From: Squalus acanthias
Lineage: Eukaryota
Direction: 5' to 3'
NCBI GenBank assembly: GCA_030390025.1
Contig: JASTWF010000327.1
Span: 124,001 to 188,000, forward strand
Length of the DNA stretch: 64,000 nt
Shown: one piece after another, positions 36,431 to 50,199 of the stretch
Numbering within the stretch: position 1 is the first letter of the stretch
Layout of the letters: the number at the start of each line of letters is the position of its first letter
Notes under the pieces: model-generated
The model's input: the letters and a program-made list of their open reading frames with translations, nothing else
The model's database searches: none
What the model was told of the DNA's origin: nothing
Made by a program: the position numbers and the translations under genes

Positions 36431-37925
36431 TGGGTTTTAAAGGAAGTAGATGAGCACATTGCAGATGCCCTAACTATAATCTTCCAAAGTTCTCTCGATT
36501 CAGGAACTGTTCCTTTAGATTGGAAAATTACACATGTCACTCCACTATTTACGAATGGCGAGAGAGGGAAACCAGGGAATTATAGACCAGTTAGCCTAAC
36601 ATCTGTTGTGGGGAAATTACTAGAGTCTATAATTAAGGATAGGGTGAAGAACACCTCGGAAATTTTCAGTTGATCAGAGAGAGCCAGCATGGATTTGTGA
36701 AAGGTAGGTCATGCCTGACAAACCTGATTGATTTTTTTGAGGAGGTGACTAAAGTAGTGGACAGGGGAATGTCTATGGATGTTATTTATATGGACATCCA
36801 GAAGGCATTTGATAAAGTAAGAGACTGTTATCTAAGGTAGAAGCCCATGGAATTGAGGCAAATTATTGACCTGGTTAGGAAATTGGCTGAGCGGCAGGAG
36901 ACAGAGAGTGGGGATAATGGGCAGGTACTCTAATTGGCAGGATGTGACTAGTGCTGTCCCGCAGGGATCTGTGTTGGGGCCTCAACTATTCACAGTATTT
37001 ATTAACGACTTAGATGATGGCAAAGAAAGCCACATATCCAAATTTGCTGATGACACAAAGATAGGCGGCATTGTAGATGAAAGCATAAAATTACAAAGAG
37101 ATATCGACGGATAAAGTGAATGGGCCAAACTGTGGCAAATGGATTTCAATGTAGGCAAATGTGAGGTCATCCACTTTGGACCTAAAAAGGAGAGAACAGG
37201 GGACTTTCTAAATGGTGAAAAGCTAGAAACAGTGGAGGTCCAAAGAGACTTGGGGATCCAGGTACATAGATCATTAAAATGTCATGAACAGGTGCAGAAA
37301 TAATCAAAAAGGCTAATGGGATGCTGGCCTTTATATCTCGAGGACTAGAATACAAGGGGGTAGAAGTTATGCTGCAGCTATACAAAGCCCTGGTTAGACC
37401 ACACCTGGAGTACTGTGAGCAGTTCTGGGCACCACACCTTAGGAAGGATATATTGGCCTTGGAGGGAGTGCAGCGCAGGTTTACCAGAATGATACCCGGA
37501 CTCCAAGGGTTAAGTTACGGGGAGAGATTACACAAATTAGGGTTGTGTTCCCTAGAATTTAGAAGGTTAAGGGGTCATTTGATCGAAGTTTTCAGGATAT
37601 TAAGGGGAACAGATAGGGGAGATAGAGAGAAACTATTTCCGCTGGTTGGGGATTCTCGGACTCGGGGGAATAGTCTAAAAATTAGAGCCAGACCTTTCAG
37701 GAGTGAAATTAGGAAACACTTCTACACACAAAGGGTGGTAGAAGTTTGGAACTCTCTTCCGCAAACGGCAATTGATGCGAGATCAATTGTTAATTTTAAA
37801 TCTGAGATTCATAGATTTTTGTTACCCAAAGGTGGGTGTATGGAGTTAGGTCACAGATCAGTCATGATTGCATTGAATGGCGGAACAGGCTCGAGGGGCT
37901 AAATGGCCTACTCCTCTTCCTATAG
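36430..37925 (+). mobile_element. Degenerate 5'-truncated CR1 LINE
   Basis: GNYRPVSLTSVVGK, FADDTK and RPHLEYC in frameshifted ORFs; CR1 3' end. Confidence 0.92.
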
Positions 37926-38230
37926 ACTAGTCAGCTTAACATCGGTGGTAGGAAAAATAATGGAATACCTACTATAGGAGAAAATAGAAAAACATCGAGA
38001 ATAATGAATAGTCAGCATGGATTTCAGAAGGGAAAGTCTTGCTTGACCAACCTCATTGAATTATTTGAAGAGGTAACAGTAGACAAGGGTAATGCAGTAG
38101 ATATAATTTATCTCGATTTCCAAAAGGCCTTCGATAAGGTCCCACATAATAGGCTAATGAATAAGGTCAGAGCATGTGGAGTCAGGGGACAAATGGCAGA
38201 ATGGAGAGCTGCCTGGCTGCAAAACAGAAA
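37925..38230 (+). mobile_element. CR1 RT fragment
   Basis: SQHGFQKGKSCLTNL...YLDFQKAFDKVPH. Confidence 0.88.
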
Positions 38231-39150
38231 GCATTGTTGCTGTCAGCTTCCAGCACTCGGTCTGGCAGTGAGTTCCACATTCTCAACACTCTCTGAGTAA
38301 AGAAATCCCTCCTAAATTCTTTATTTGATCTGTTAGTGGCGATCTTATATTGCTGCACTCTTGTTCTGACTCACCCATAAGTGGAAACAGTTTCTCCACA
38401 TGTATCCTATCGAACCCCTTCATATCAATCAGGACTCCTCTTAGTCTTCTCTCTTCCAGAGAAAAGAGCCCAAGCCTGCTCAATCGTGCCCGAGGGTTGC
38501 ATCCTCTCAATTCTGGTAACGTTCTTGTAAATCTTTTCAGCATTTTCTCCAGTGCTTCAATATCCTTTGTAGTGTTGAGACCAGAACTGCTCACAGTGCT
38601 CCAACTGTGGTCTAACCAAGGTTCAATATAAATTGAACATTACCTCCCTGCTTTTGCATTATATTCCTCTAGAAATGAACCCCAGTCCTTTCTTTGCACT
38701 CTTTATGGCCTGTTCAACTTGTGTTGCTACTTTTAGCGATTTATGTGTCTGTATTCCCAGATCTCTTTGCTCCTCTGCCCCATTTATTTTCTTACCTTCT
38801 AAGGTGTAAGTGGCTTCCTTATTCCTCCTACTAAAATGAACCAGCTCACGTTTCACTACATTGAATTTTGTTGCCCACTTATCTGCCCAGTTTATGTCTT
38901 CCTACATTATGGTGCAGTCCCCCACATTATTAGTTATACCACCCAATTTGGTGCCATCTTCAAATTCTGAGTCCAAATCATCGCAAACAAAATTGGTTCC
39001 AGCAGCACAAACCGCTGTGGGACACCACCTCTCACTTTCTGCTAGTCCGAGAAACGTTCTTAAACTTCTAGCCTCTGATTTCTGCTTTGTAGCCATCTTT
39101 CCATCCATTCTGCTACCTGGCCCTTGACTCTACCTTGGGCATCTTGTAAA
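38230..39150 (-). mobile_element. Degenerate CR1 fragment
   Basis: QRDLGIQTHKSLK and LGLFSLEERRLRG motifs on the minus strand. Confidence 0.82.
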
Positions 39151-39649
39151 CCGTTCATACTGCAGACACAGTGGACCAGTGGTGGAGGGGGAGGATATTG
39201 AGTCCTGTGGCAGGGGCGCTGATGAAGTGGACTTCGCTGTCCTGTGTGTTTTGAGGTATCACTAGTGGCGTTTTTCATATCTTGCACCTTTAAAAATATT
39301 ACCACCAGCTTATTTAACCCTGTAACAACCTCTCGTGTAGGACACACAAAACATGAGGCCTCATCAGTTTTCCTCAGAACAACAGGACTGAACTCGAATT
39401 AGAAAACAGTTAGGAAACATTTAACAGTTAAACCAGACTGGGCGGGGCCTGAGGTGCGAGTTAGTAAAGTAAAAGTGGCGGCCAGCTTACTTTACACAAG
39501 ACGGAGGGCCCGGGCATTTGGATTACTGAATAATTTAAAGATTCATTTTGTTTATTGCCCCTCCGGCCCCAATCTCGATGGGATGACGAAGAATTCCGTT
39601 CACCAATTGGATCTTTCAATGGTGTTTACCCACAATCCGCTGCGTGGCA

Positions 39650-40010
39650 GAATGTGTCCCATCAATGACCACAGGAGCCCAGTGCGCAGGCGTGGAACGG
39701 GGGCAGCGCTCTGAGCATGCGCAGTGCGAGTGTTGGCTATGATCTGACGCGGAGGAGACGCTTCCGGGAGGCGGTAGGAGATTGTGGGCTCGGGGAGGAA
39801 TTGGACCCGCGGGTGGGCTGGGAAGCTTCATAAACACCCGGTGTAGGCCTCAGGCCCCCAATAAGATCCCACAGGCCCCGCGGTGACAGGCCCGACCGCC
39901 CGGGTCAGCGGGGTCACTGGCCGCCATCTTGGACAGGCCGGGATCACGGCGCATGCGCAGCCATCTTCACCAAGAACAAAGAGTGGGCGGGGCTTCAGGG
40001 TCCCAGTGAC
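39650..40010 (+). promoter_or_regulatory. CpG-island promoter of ZNF-D, paralog of 14600-15000
   Basis: Same NRF1, YY1 (GCCGCCATCTTG ~39920) and GC-box order; homology starts at ~39545. Confidence 0.72.
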
Positions 40011-40079
40011 CAGGAGAGACAATCATTGACTCATTGATTTTATTCTCACTCTGCACACAGCGGGTGTCTCACCATTTTC

Positions 40080-40975
40080 ATAAAGGATTTCAAACATCAG
40101 AGTGACTGGAAAATCACCGAGACACACACACCCGAGTGAGAGTGTTCCAGTGCACTGACTGTGGAAAGAGCTTTAACCAGTTACACAGCCTGAAAAAACA
40201 TCGCACCATTCACAGCGGGGAGAAACCGTACACGTGTTCTGTGTGTGGACGAGGCTTCAACTGATCGTCCAACCTGGAGAGACACAAGGACACCCGCACC
40301 ACGGAGAAACCGTGTAAATGTGGGGACTGTGGGAAGGGATTCAATTACCCATCCCAGCTGGAAATTCATCGGCGAATTCACACCGGAGAGAGGCCGTTCT
40401 CCTGCTCCATGTGTGGCAAGGGATTCACAGAGTTATCCAAGCTTCATATACACATGCGAATTCACACCGGGGACAGGCCGTTCCCCTGCTCCGTCTGTGG
40501 GAAGGGATTCGCTCAGTTATCCACCCTGCTGACACACCAGCGAGTTCACACTGAGGAGAGACCATTTAAATGTTCCGAGTGTGAGAAGAGTTTTAAAAGT
40601 AGAAGCGATGTCCTGACACACCAACGCACTCACACTGGGGAGAGGCCATTCACCTGCTCCGAGTGTGGCAAGGGATTCACTCAGACATCCACCCTGCGGA
40701 AACACCAGCGAGTTCACACTGGGGAGAGGCCGTTCACCTGCTCAGTGTGTGGGAAGGGATTCACCCATTCATCCCACCTGTTGACACACCGGCGAGTTCA
40801 CACCGGGGAGAGGCCGTTCACATGCTCTGTGTGTGGAAGGGGATTCACTCAAAGATCCAGCCTGCTGGCACACCAACGACTTCACACTGGGGAGAGGCCG
40901 TACACCTGCTCCGTGTGTGAGAAAGGATTTACTCGGTCAGCTAACCTGGTGACTCACCAGCGAGTTCACAAGTAA
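40080..40975 (+). CDS. ZNF-D: degenerate leader fingers with TGA at 40103 and 40262, then 8 intact C2H2 fingers (40301-40975, 224 aa if begun at ACG; first ATG at 40409 is inside finger 2). Coding status uncertain.
   Basis: Manual translation in one frame; family 3' UTR with AATAAA at 41120. Confidence 0.62.
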
Positions 40976-42280
40976 CTGCAGCGTTGGATTCTGCTGTTAT
41001 TGCTGCTGTTAATCACATCCAGGACTGAACCATGTTCATTCTGACAGTTGGGGTTTGTTTCTGCTGATGTTAATAACTCCTGTAACTGGGCTGGAGTTTA
41101 ATATTTTGGATAGATGTCAAATAAATCAGCTTTGTGTTAAACACATTGTTATAGATTTTTGTCTTTCCCACCTGAGCGTTTAGCATCACCTGGCTGGAGC
41201 TCAGAAAGGACAATCTGGGGGAGGATCGTACGGCGGGAACAGAACTTCAGCCTGGACACAGTCCTTCAGGGCCACACTGAGAGGGGCAAACGGCACTTTG
41301 GTCTTTCTCGTCTCTCTTCACTGACAGCAAAGTCCCCGTGTGGGTTAATCTTGAGGCCTGTAAGAAATGTGTCCCAGCCGCTCTCTGCCATGGTTCAGAG
41401 CTCCTAGGCACAGAACAGAAGGATCCTTTACAACTGTGTTTAGAGTCAGGAAGAACAACGGTGAATGCTGGAAACGTGCTGTCAAATCAGAGATTGGTGT
41501 CAAACTGCGATCTGTTCCTGACTGAAAGTGAAACAGGTTTAAGTTTCCAGTCTAAAAATGACTGTGGTAATTATTCTACGAAGGTTTAATGTGTTTGTGT
41601 GACAGTCCTGAGTCTACCATTATAAGGCAGGTTAAAATAAATCGGTTAAATTCTGCACTAAAATAGCAGTCGGAGGAGTTCACAGGAGCCTGTTAACTGC
41701 TGGTACAATTATACAACAGACATTTGATCTCCAGATAAAGAAGGACCTGCAGCGTGTTTCCAGGAATTCCCTGTTTTATTGGTGTGTGTGTGTTAGACAC
41801 CAGGATAACTAAAAATACACGACCCGGAACATCCACGGGGTGCGATCCCGACAGTTACTCTGGGATCACTCCCGCTGCGGAACTCCACCACTGACCCTGC
41901 TGAAGGTTGTAGGCTCAGGGAGTGGGGCCTCCAGGAGTGGACTGTAAGAAAGCTGGGTTTCAGTATCCTGACAAATATATGATGAGGAACCAGAGGAATC
42001 CTTACTGAGGAACCGTCTTACCTGCCAGCGTAGGTCTCGGGGTGAATGACTCCTGACTCCCCGAACTGTCTTACATTGAACCCAGTTCAGATCAAGGTGA
42101 GTTCAGTTTATGGGAGAATAGGGACAAATATCACCCACAATTGAGGGAGTCAAAGGCAGCCATGAGAGAGGCTAAGAGATCTTTGGAAATAAAGATGGTT
42201 CACAATTGTGGTAACAATAGTAAAAGCTTTTCCAGCTATGTCAGGAGGCAGAAGACATAGTTACACAGAGTTACATAGAT
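40976..42280 (+). repeat. ZNF 3' UTR plus flank, inverted paralog of 3115-4454
   Basis: Aligns by eye over about 1.3 kb and ends at the L2 insertion. Confidence 0.9.
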
Positions 42281-43496
42281 TCCCAAATCCGTGCCCATCT
42301 TTCCCGCAATTCCATGTTTGAATCCCTCCAATCAGGTTTCCGCCCTTGCCACAGTACCGAAATGGCTCTCATCAAAGTCACAAATGACATCCTGTGTGAC
42401 TGTGACAAAGGTAAACTATCCCTCCTCGTCCTTCTTGACTTGTCTGCAGCCTTTGACACGGTTGACCACTCCATCCTTCTCCAAGGCCTCTCCACCGTCG
42501 TCCAGCTGGGTGGGACTGCACTCGCCTGGTTCCATTCTTATCTATCTAATCGTAGCCAGAGAATCACCTGCAACGGCTTCTCTTCCCACTCCCGCATCAT
42601 TACCTCTGGTGTCCCCCAAGGATCTATCCTTGGCCCCCTCCTATTTCTCATCTACATGTTGCCCCTTGGCGACATCATCCGAAAACACAGCGTCAGTTTC
42701 CACATGAACGCTGACGACACCCAGCTCTACCTCACTACCACTTCTCTCGACCCCTCCAATGTCTCTAAATTGTCAGACTGCTTGTCCGACATCCAGTTCT
42801 GGATGAACAGAAATCTTCTCCAATTAAATATTAAGAAGACCGAAGCCATTGTTTTCGGTCCCCGCCACAAACTCCGTTCCCTAGCCACTGATCCATCCCT
42901 CTCGCTAACATCTGTCTGAGGCTGAACCACACTGTTTGCAACCTTGGTGTCATATTTGACCCTGAAATGAGCTTCCGACCACATATCTGCAGCATTACAA
43001 AGACCGCCTACTTCCACCTCCGTAACATCGCCCGTCTCCGCCCTTGCCTCAGCTCATCCGCTGCTGAAACCCTCATCCATGCCTTTGTTACCTCTAGACT
43101 TGACTATTCCAACGCACTCCTGCCTGGCCTCCCACGTTCTACCCTACGTAAACTTGAGGTAATCCAAAACTCGGCTGCCCATGTCCTAACTCGCACCAAG
43201 TCCCGTTCACCCATCACCCCTGTGCTCACTGACCTACATTGGCTCCCGGTTAAGCAGGGCCTCGATTTCAAAATTCTCATCCTTGTTTTCAAATCCCTCT
43301 ATGGCCCCGCCCCTTCCTATCTCTGTAATCTCCTTCAGCCCCACAACCCCCCGAGATATCTGCGCTCCTCTAATTCTGCACTCTTGAGCATCTCTGATTA
43401 TAATCGCTCAACCATTGCTGGCCGTGCCTTTTGTTGCCGAGGCCCTAATCTCTGGAAATCCCTGCCTAAACCTTTCTGCCTCGCTACCTCTCTTTC
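42278..43496 (+). mobile_element. L2-clade LINE RT fragment (frameshifted, YADD changed to NADD)
   Basis: QSGFRPCHSTEMAL, LDLSAAFDTVDH, ADDTQLYL, HAFVTSRLDYSN and LHWLPV motifs typical of L2. Confidence 0.92.
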
Positions 43497-44970
43497 ATAG
43501 AAACATAGAAGATAGCAGGAGTAGGCCATTCGACCCCTCGAGCCTGCTCCACCATTTAATGCGATCATGGCTGATCATCCAAATTCAGTACCCTGTCCCT
43601 GCTTTCTCCCCATATCCCTTGATCCCTTTAGTCTTAACAAATATATCCAACTCCTTCTTGAATATATTTAATGAATTGGCCTCTACTGCCTTCTGTGGTA
43701 GAGAATTCCACAGGTTCACCACTCTCTGGGTGAAGAAATTCCTCCTCATCTCTGTCTAAATGGCTTACCCCTTATCCTTAGACTGTGACCCTGGTTCTGG
43801 ACTCCCCCGCCATCGGGAACATCCTTCCTGCATCTAGTCTGTCTAGTCCTGTTAGAATTTTATAAGTTTCAATGAGATCCCCTCTCATTCTTCTAAACTC
43901 TAGCGAATATAAGCCTAATCGACCCAATCTCTCTTCATACGTCATTCCTGCCATCCCAGGTATCAGTCTGGTAAATCTTCGCTGCACTCCCTCCATGGCA
44001 AGAACATCCTTCCTCAGATAAGGCGACCAAAACTGCACACAATACTCAAGGTGTGGTCTCACCAAGGCCTTGTACAACTGCAGCAAGACATCCTTGCTCC
44101 TGTACTCGAATCCTCTCGCTATGAAGGCCAACATACCATTTGCCTTCTTAACCGCCTGCTGCACCTGCATGCTTACCTTCAGCGACTGGTGCACAAGGAC
44201 TCCCAGATTTCGTTGCACTTCCCCTTTTCCCAATCTATTGCCGTTCAGATAATAATCTGTCTTCCTGTTTTTGCCACCAAAGTGGATAACCTCGCATTTA
44301 TCCACATTATACTGCATCTGCCATGCATCTGCCCAATCACCCAACCTGTCCAAATCATACTGGAGTGTCTCTGCATCTTCCTCACAGCACACACGCCCAC
44401 CCAGCTTTGTGTCATCTGCAACCTTAGAGATATTACATCTAGTTCCCTCGTCTAGATCATTAATATATATTGTGAATAGCTGGGGTCCTAGCACCGATCC
44501 CTGTGGTACCCCACTAGTCACTGCCTGCCACTCGGAAAAAGACCCGTTTATTCCAACTCTTTGCTTCCTGTCTGCCAACCAGTTCTCTATCCAAGTCAGT
44601 ACCTTGCCCCCAATCCCATGTGCCTTAACTTTACACGCTATTCTCTTATGCGGGACCTTATCGAAAGCCTTCTGAAAGTCCAAATACAGCACATCCACTG
44701 GTTCTCCCTTATCTATTCTACCAGTTACATCCTCAAAAAATTCCAGTAGATTAGTCAGGCATGATTTCCCTTTTGTAAATCCATGTTGACTTTGTTCGAT
44801 CCTGTCTGTGTTTTCCAAGTGCTCTGCTATTACATCTTTTATAATGGACTCTAGCATTTTGCCCACTACCGATGTCAGGCTTACCGGTCTATAATTCCCC
44901 GTTTTTTCTCTACCACCTTTTTTAAATAGTGGGGTTACATTAGCTACCCTCCAATCCATGGGAACTGTTC
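43497..44970 (-). mobile_element. 5'-truncated CR1 LINE (393-aa RT ORF)
   Basis: Full RT motif set and a CATAGAAACATAG tail. Confidence 0.95.
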
Positions 44971-47444
44971 ATAGAGTCATAGTCATAGAGTTATACAGCA
45001 CAGAAAGAGGCCCTTCAGCCCATCGTGTCCACGCCGGCCATCAAGCCCTGTCTATTCTAATCCCATTTTCCAGCACTTGGTCCGTAGCCTTGTATGCTAT
45101 GGTGTTTCAAGTGCTCATCTAAATGCTTCTTGAATGTTGTGAGGTTTCCTGCCTCTACCACCCTTTCAGGCAGTGAGTTCCAGATTCCAACCACCCTCTG
45201 GGTGAAAAAGTTTTTCCTCAAATCCCCTCTAAACCTCCTGCCCCTGACCTTGAAACTATGCCCCCTGGTTATTGACCCCACTACTAAGGGGAAAAGTTCC
45301 TTTCTATCTACCCTATCTATGCCCCTCATAATTTTGTACACCTCAATCAGGTCCCCCCTCAGCCTTCTCTGCTCCAAGGAAAACAACCCCAGCCTGTCCA
45401 GTCTCTCTTCATAGCTGAAGTGCTCCAGCCCAGGTAATATCCTGGTGAATCTCCTCTGCACCCTCTCCAATGCAATCACATCCTTCCTATAGTGTGGTGA
45501 CCAGAACTGCACACAGTATTCCAGCTGTGGCCTAACTAGCATTTTGTACAGCTCCATCATAACCTCCCTGCTCTTATATTCTATGCCTCGGCTAATGAAG
45601 GCAAGTATTCCATATGCCTTTTTAACCACCTTATCTACAAGTCCTGCTGCCTTCAGGGATCTATGTACATGCACACCAAGGTCCCTCTGATCCTCTGTTC
45701 TTCCTAGGATCCTACCATTCATTGTGTATTCCCTTGCCTTGTTAGTCCTCCCAAAATGCATGACCTCACACTTTTCAGGGTTAAATTCCATTTGCCACTG
45801 TTCTGCCCATCTAACCAACCCACCTATATCGTCCTGTAGCCTAAGGATTCCCTCCTCGCTATTTACCACTCCACCAATTTTCGTGTCATCTGCGAACTTA
45901 CTGATCATACGTCCTACATTCATATCTAAATCATTAATGTACACTACAAACAGCAAAGGACCCAGCACCGATCCCTGCGGTACACCACTGGACACAGGCT
46001 TCCAGTCACAAAAACAACCTTCGACCATCACCCTCTGCCTCCTGCCACGAAGCCAATTTTGGATCCAATGTGCCAAATTGCCCTGGATCCCATGGGCTCT
46101 TACCTTCTTGACCAGTCTCCCATGTGGGACTTTGTCAAAAGCCTTACTGAAGTCCATGTAGACTACATCAACTGCACTACCCTCATCCACACACCTCGTC
46201 ACCCCCTCTCAAAATTCAATCAAATTGGTTAGACATGATCTCCCCCTGACAAAGCCATGCTGACTATCCTTGATTAACCCTTGCCTCTCCAAGTGGAGAC
46301 TAATTCTGTCCCTCAGAATTTTTTCCAATAATTTCCCTACCACTGATGTTAGGCTCACTGGCCTGTAATCCCTGGTTTATCCCTACTACCCTTCTTGAAT
46401 AATGGTACTACGTTAGCTGTTCTCCAGTCCTCTGGCACCTCCCCTGTGGCCAGAGAGGTTCTGAAAATTTGTGTCAGAGCCCCTGCAATCTCCTCCCTTG
46501 CCTCACACAGCAGCATGGGATATATCTCGTCAGGCCCTGGGGATTTATCCACTTTTAAGCCCACTAAAACCGCTAGTATCTGCTCCCTCTCAATGCTAAT
46601 TTGTTCAAGTATATCACAATCCCCCTGCCTGATTTCTATGCCTACATCGTTCTTCTCCATAGTGAACACAGATGCAAAATATTCATTTTAAACCTCACCT
46701 ACATCTTCCGGCTCTACACACAGATTGCCACTTTGGTCCCTAATGGGCTCTACTCTTTCCCTGGTTATACGCTTGCCCTTAATATACTTATAAAACACCT
46801 TGGGATTTTCCTTTATTTTGCCCGCCATTGTTTTTTCATGCCCCCTCTTCGCTCTCCTAATTCATTTTTTAAGTACCCTCCTGTACTTTCTATACTCCTC
46901 TAGGGCTTCCACTGTTTTTAGTCCTTTGTATCTGCCAAAAGCCTCCCTTTTTTTCCCTCATCCATTCTTGTATATATCTTGACATCCAGGGTTCCCTGGG
47001 TTTGTTGGTCCCACCCTTGACCTTTATGGGAACATGTTGGCGTTGTACTCTCTCTATTTCCTTTCTGAAAGACTCCCACTGCTCTGATGTGGATTTTCCT
47101 ACAAGTAGCTGATCCCAGTCCACTTTGGCCAGATCCTGCCTTATCATATTAAAATCGGCCTTCCCCCAATTTAGAACCTTTATTTCCGGTCCATCTTTGT
47201 CCTTTTCCATGACTACCTTAAATCTCACAAAATTATGGTCACTGTCACCAAAATGCTCTCCTACTGACACCTCTACCACTTGCCCGACTACATTCCCTAG
47301 AATTAGGTCCAGTACCGCCCCCTCTCTTGTTGGACTTTCCACATGCTGGCTCAAAAAGCTCTCCTGGATGCACTTTAAGAATTCCGCACCCTCTAAGCCT
47401 TTCACACTCTGACGATCCCAGTTAATATTGGGGAAGTTGAAATT
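44971..47444 (-). mobile_element. 5'-truncated CR1 LINE, same subfamily as 58349-63130
   Basis: Endonuclease C-terminus through RT and tail; near-identical to the reverse complement of ~60675-63130. Confidence 0.95.
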
Positions 47445-47449
47445 GCTCA

Positions 47450-48540
47450 CTTTTTTATTCGTATATGGGATGTGGGCGTCGCTGGCAAGGCCAGCATTTA
47501 TTGCCCATCCCTAATTGCCCTTGGGAAGGTGGTGGTGAGCCGCCTTCTTGAACCGCTGCAGTCCGTGTGGTGAAGGTACTCCCACAGTGCTGTTTGGGAG
47601 GGAGTTCCAGGATTTTGACCCAGCGACGATGAAGGATCGGCAATATACTTCTAAGTCAGGATGGTGTGTGACTTGGAGGGGAACTTGGAGGTGGTGGTGT
47701 TCACATGCACCTGCTGCCCTTGTCCTTCTAGGTGGAAGAGGTCGCAGGTTTGGGAGGTGCTGCCGAAGAAGCCTTGGCGAGTTGCTGCAGAGCATCTTGT
47801 AGATGGTACACACTGCAGCCATGGTATGCCGGTGGTGGAGGGAGTGAATGTTTAAGGTGGTGGTTGGGGTGCCAATCAAGCGGGCTGCTTTGTCCTGGAT
47901 GGAGTCAAGCTTCTTGAGTTTTATTGGAGCTGCACTCATCCAGGCAAGTGGAGAGTATTCCATCACACTCCTGACTTGTGCCTTGTAGATGATGGAAAGA
48001 CTTTGGGGAATCAGGAGGTGAGACACTCGCCGCAGAATACCCAGCCTCTGACCTGCTCTTGTTGCCACAGTATTTATGTAACTGGTCCAGTTAAGTTTCT
48101 GGTCAATGGCGACCCCCAGGATGTTGATGGGGGGGATTCGGCGATGATAATACCATTGAATCTCAAGGGGAGTTGGTTAGACTCTCGCTTGTTGGAGATA
48201 GTCATTGCCTGGCACTTCTGTGGCGCGAATGTTACCTGCCACTTATCAGCCCAAGCCTGAACGTCGTCCCGGTCCTGTTGCATGCGAGCATGGACTGCTT
48301 CATTATCTGAGGAGTTGTGAATGGCGCTGAACACTGTGCAGTCATCAGCGAACATCCCCATTGATGAAGCAGCTGAAGATGGTTGGGCCTAGGGCACTGC
48401 CCTGAGGAACTCCTGCAGCGATGTCCTGGGACTGTGATGATTGACCTTCAACCACCACAACCATCTTCCTTTGTGCTAGGTATGACTCCAGCCAGTGGAG
48501 AGTTTTCCCCCCGATTCCCATTGACTTCAGTTTTACTAGG
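47450..48540 (-). mobile_element. CR1-group LINE family B, RT C-terminus and 3' end
   Basis: GMFADDCT and ATRAGQRLGILRRV; homologous to 35290-36430. Confidence 0.9.
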
Positions 48541-48662
48541 GTTTTTCTCTCTATCTACCCTATCAACTCCTTTAATCATCTTAAACACCTCAATTAGATC
48601 ACCCCTTAATCTTCTATATTCATGGAAATACAAGCCTAGTCTATGCAACCTGTCCTCATAAT
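48540..48662 (-). mobile_element. Short CR1 fragment
   Basis: YEDRLHRLGLY...RLRGDLIEVFKMIKG. Confidence 0.8.
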
Positions 48663-48860
48663 TTACAAATGTCATCTCTGGAAGTACAGGATAGAAATTC
48701 TGAACAGACAGTTCTAGTTTCTCGGGAACATTCTTTCCTCTCTTGCCCCTCCTAAGCTGTAAGTGCCCCGTCCCACACACCCTCTCATTGCCTCATCCTC
48801 GCCGTTTGAAATCCAGATTCATCGCAGGCTCTGAATTTCTCCCTTTCTCTCCTGAAGGTG
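48662..48860 (-). pseudogene. Orphan ZNF intron 3' end (homolog of ~15200-15400), cut just before the acceptor
   Basis: rc GTGTGTGGGACGGGG...AAGAGAGGAAAGAATGTTC...GAAACTAGAA...ATTTCTATCCTGTACTT matches the ZNF-C intron. Confidence 0.75.
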
Positions 48861-49100
48861 CTGCGTGATGGTGGGGTTCGGCCTCAGTCACTGTCTGCCC
48901 TCCAGTACCTCGCCAAGTGGTAATTCTGAGCTGCGATCCTATACTGAAGCTGCTGTGTGATGGTGGGGTTCGGCCTCAGTCACTGTTTGCCCTCCAGTAC
49001 CTCGCCAAGTGGTAATTCTGAGCTTGTGAGCCTATACTGAAGGTGCTGTGTGATGGTGAGGTTCGGCCCCAGTCATTGCTAATTCTGAGCTTGTGAGCCC
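48852..49100. repeat. Tandem repeat of ~92 bp, about 2.7 copies
   Basis: CTGAAGSTGCTGYGTGATGGTG recurs at ~48852, ~48943 and ~49036. Confidence 0.85.
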
Positions 49101-49194
49101 AAACAGTGAGCTGCCAGCATTTCGACCATGGGGAGCAGCACAGCACAGCACAGCTGATTCTGTCTGGCAAAGCTGAAGCCTATAATAGCACAGC

Positions 49195-49470
49195 ATCAAC
49201 AACTTGCATTTAGATAGCGCCTTTAACACAGTAAAATGTTCCAAGGTGCTTCACAAGATCGGAATCAGTCAAAAATTGACACCGAGCCAGAGAAGGAGAC
49301 ATTAGAACTGGTGACTAAAAGCTTGGTCAAAGATCTTACGGCCTCGGCAACTGTAGGAATGGCCGCCAATGGTGGAGCAAAGGAAGTGGGGGTTGCACAA
49401 GAGGCCAGAGTTGGAGGAGCGCAGGGGTCTCTTGTAAGGTTGGAGGATGAGAATTTTAAAGGCTGAAGCC
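49195..49470 (-). mobile_element. Old L2-type LINE 3' remnant
   Basis: CAACAACTTGCATTTAGATAGCGCCTTT tail; the minus frame LRSSNSGLL...STIGG resembles the L2 C-terminus at 43360-43430. Confidence 0.65.
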
Positions 49471-49581
49471 ACCAAAATAGAAAGCAGTCTCCCCCAGTAC
49501 AGAATGTGACTCACTACTAACAGGAAGGATGTTACTTTAACTACTTTAGGTGCAGAGAGGTGAGTCATTGTCCTTGTGTCA

Positions 49582-50047
49582 GGCCGTGGCTCAGTTGGTA
49601 GCACCCTCGCCTCTGAGTCAGTAAGGGTTGTGGGGTCAAGTTCCCACTCCAGAGACTCGAGCACCAAAATGTAGGCTGACACTCCAGTGCAGTACTGCGG
49701 GAGTGCCGCACTGTCGGAGATGCTGCCTTTCGGATGAGATGTTAAACCGAGGCCCCGTCTGCTCTTTCGGGTGGACGTAAAAGATCCCAGGGCTCTATTT
49801 CGAAGAAGAGCAGGGGAGTTATCCCCGGTGTCCTGGCCAATATTTATCCCTCAATCAACATCACAGAAACAGATTACCTGGTCATTATCATATTGCTGTT
49901 TGTGGGAGCTTGCTGTGCGCAATTTGGCTGCTACGTTTCCTACATCACAACAGTGACTACACTTCAAAAAGTACTTCATTGACTTTAAAGCGCTTTTGGA
50001 CGTCCAGTGGTCGTGAAAGGTGCTATATAAATGCAAGTCTTTCTTTC
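49582..50047 (+). mobile_element. tRNA-derived Deu-domain SINE (SacSINE1-like), paralog of 7247-7709
   Basis: GGCCGTGGCTCAGTTGGTAGC head, TTTCGGATGAGATGTTAAACCGAGG core, GCTATATAAATGCAAGTCTTTCTTT tail. Confidence 0.82.
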
Positions 50048-50199
50048 TCTAAATATCACAAACAGATGCACAATAAGGGAAATCAATCTCTGTACCTTTA
50101 ACTAACAGCGACATGGAGCGAGGGAATGAATGAGCTTTAAACACCTGGTCCACTTGGCACTGAAATGTCTGAAACTCAGAACTGGAACTCCAGGGAAAC

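Noticed and set aside
41980..42030. Hammerhead ribozyme suggested by CTGAGGA motifs
   Set aside because: No properly placed stem II and GAAA core.
49582..49655. tRNA gene (also 7635-7709 minus)
   Set aside because: It is the tRNA-derived head of a SINE continuing into Deu core and tail, with no complete cloverleaf.
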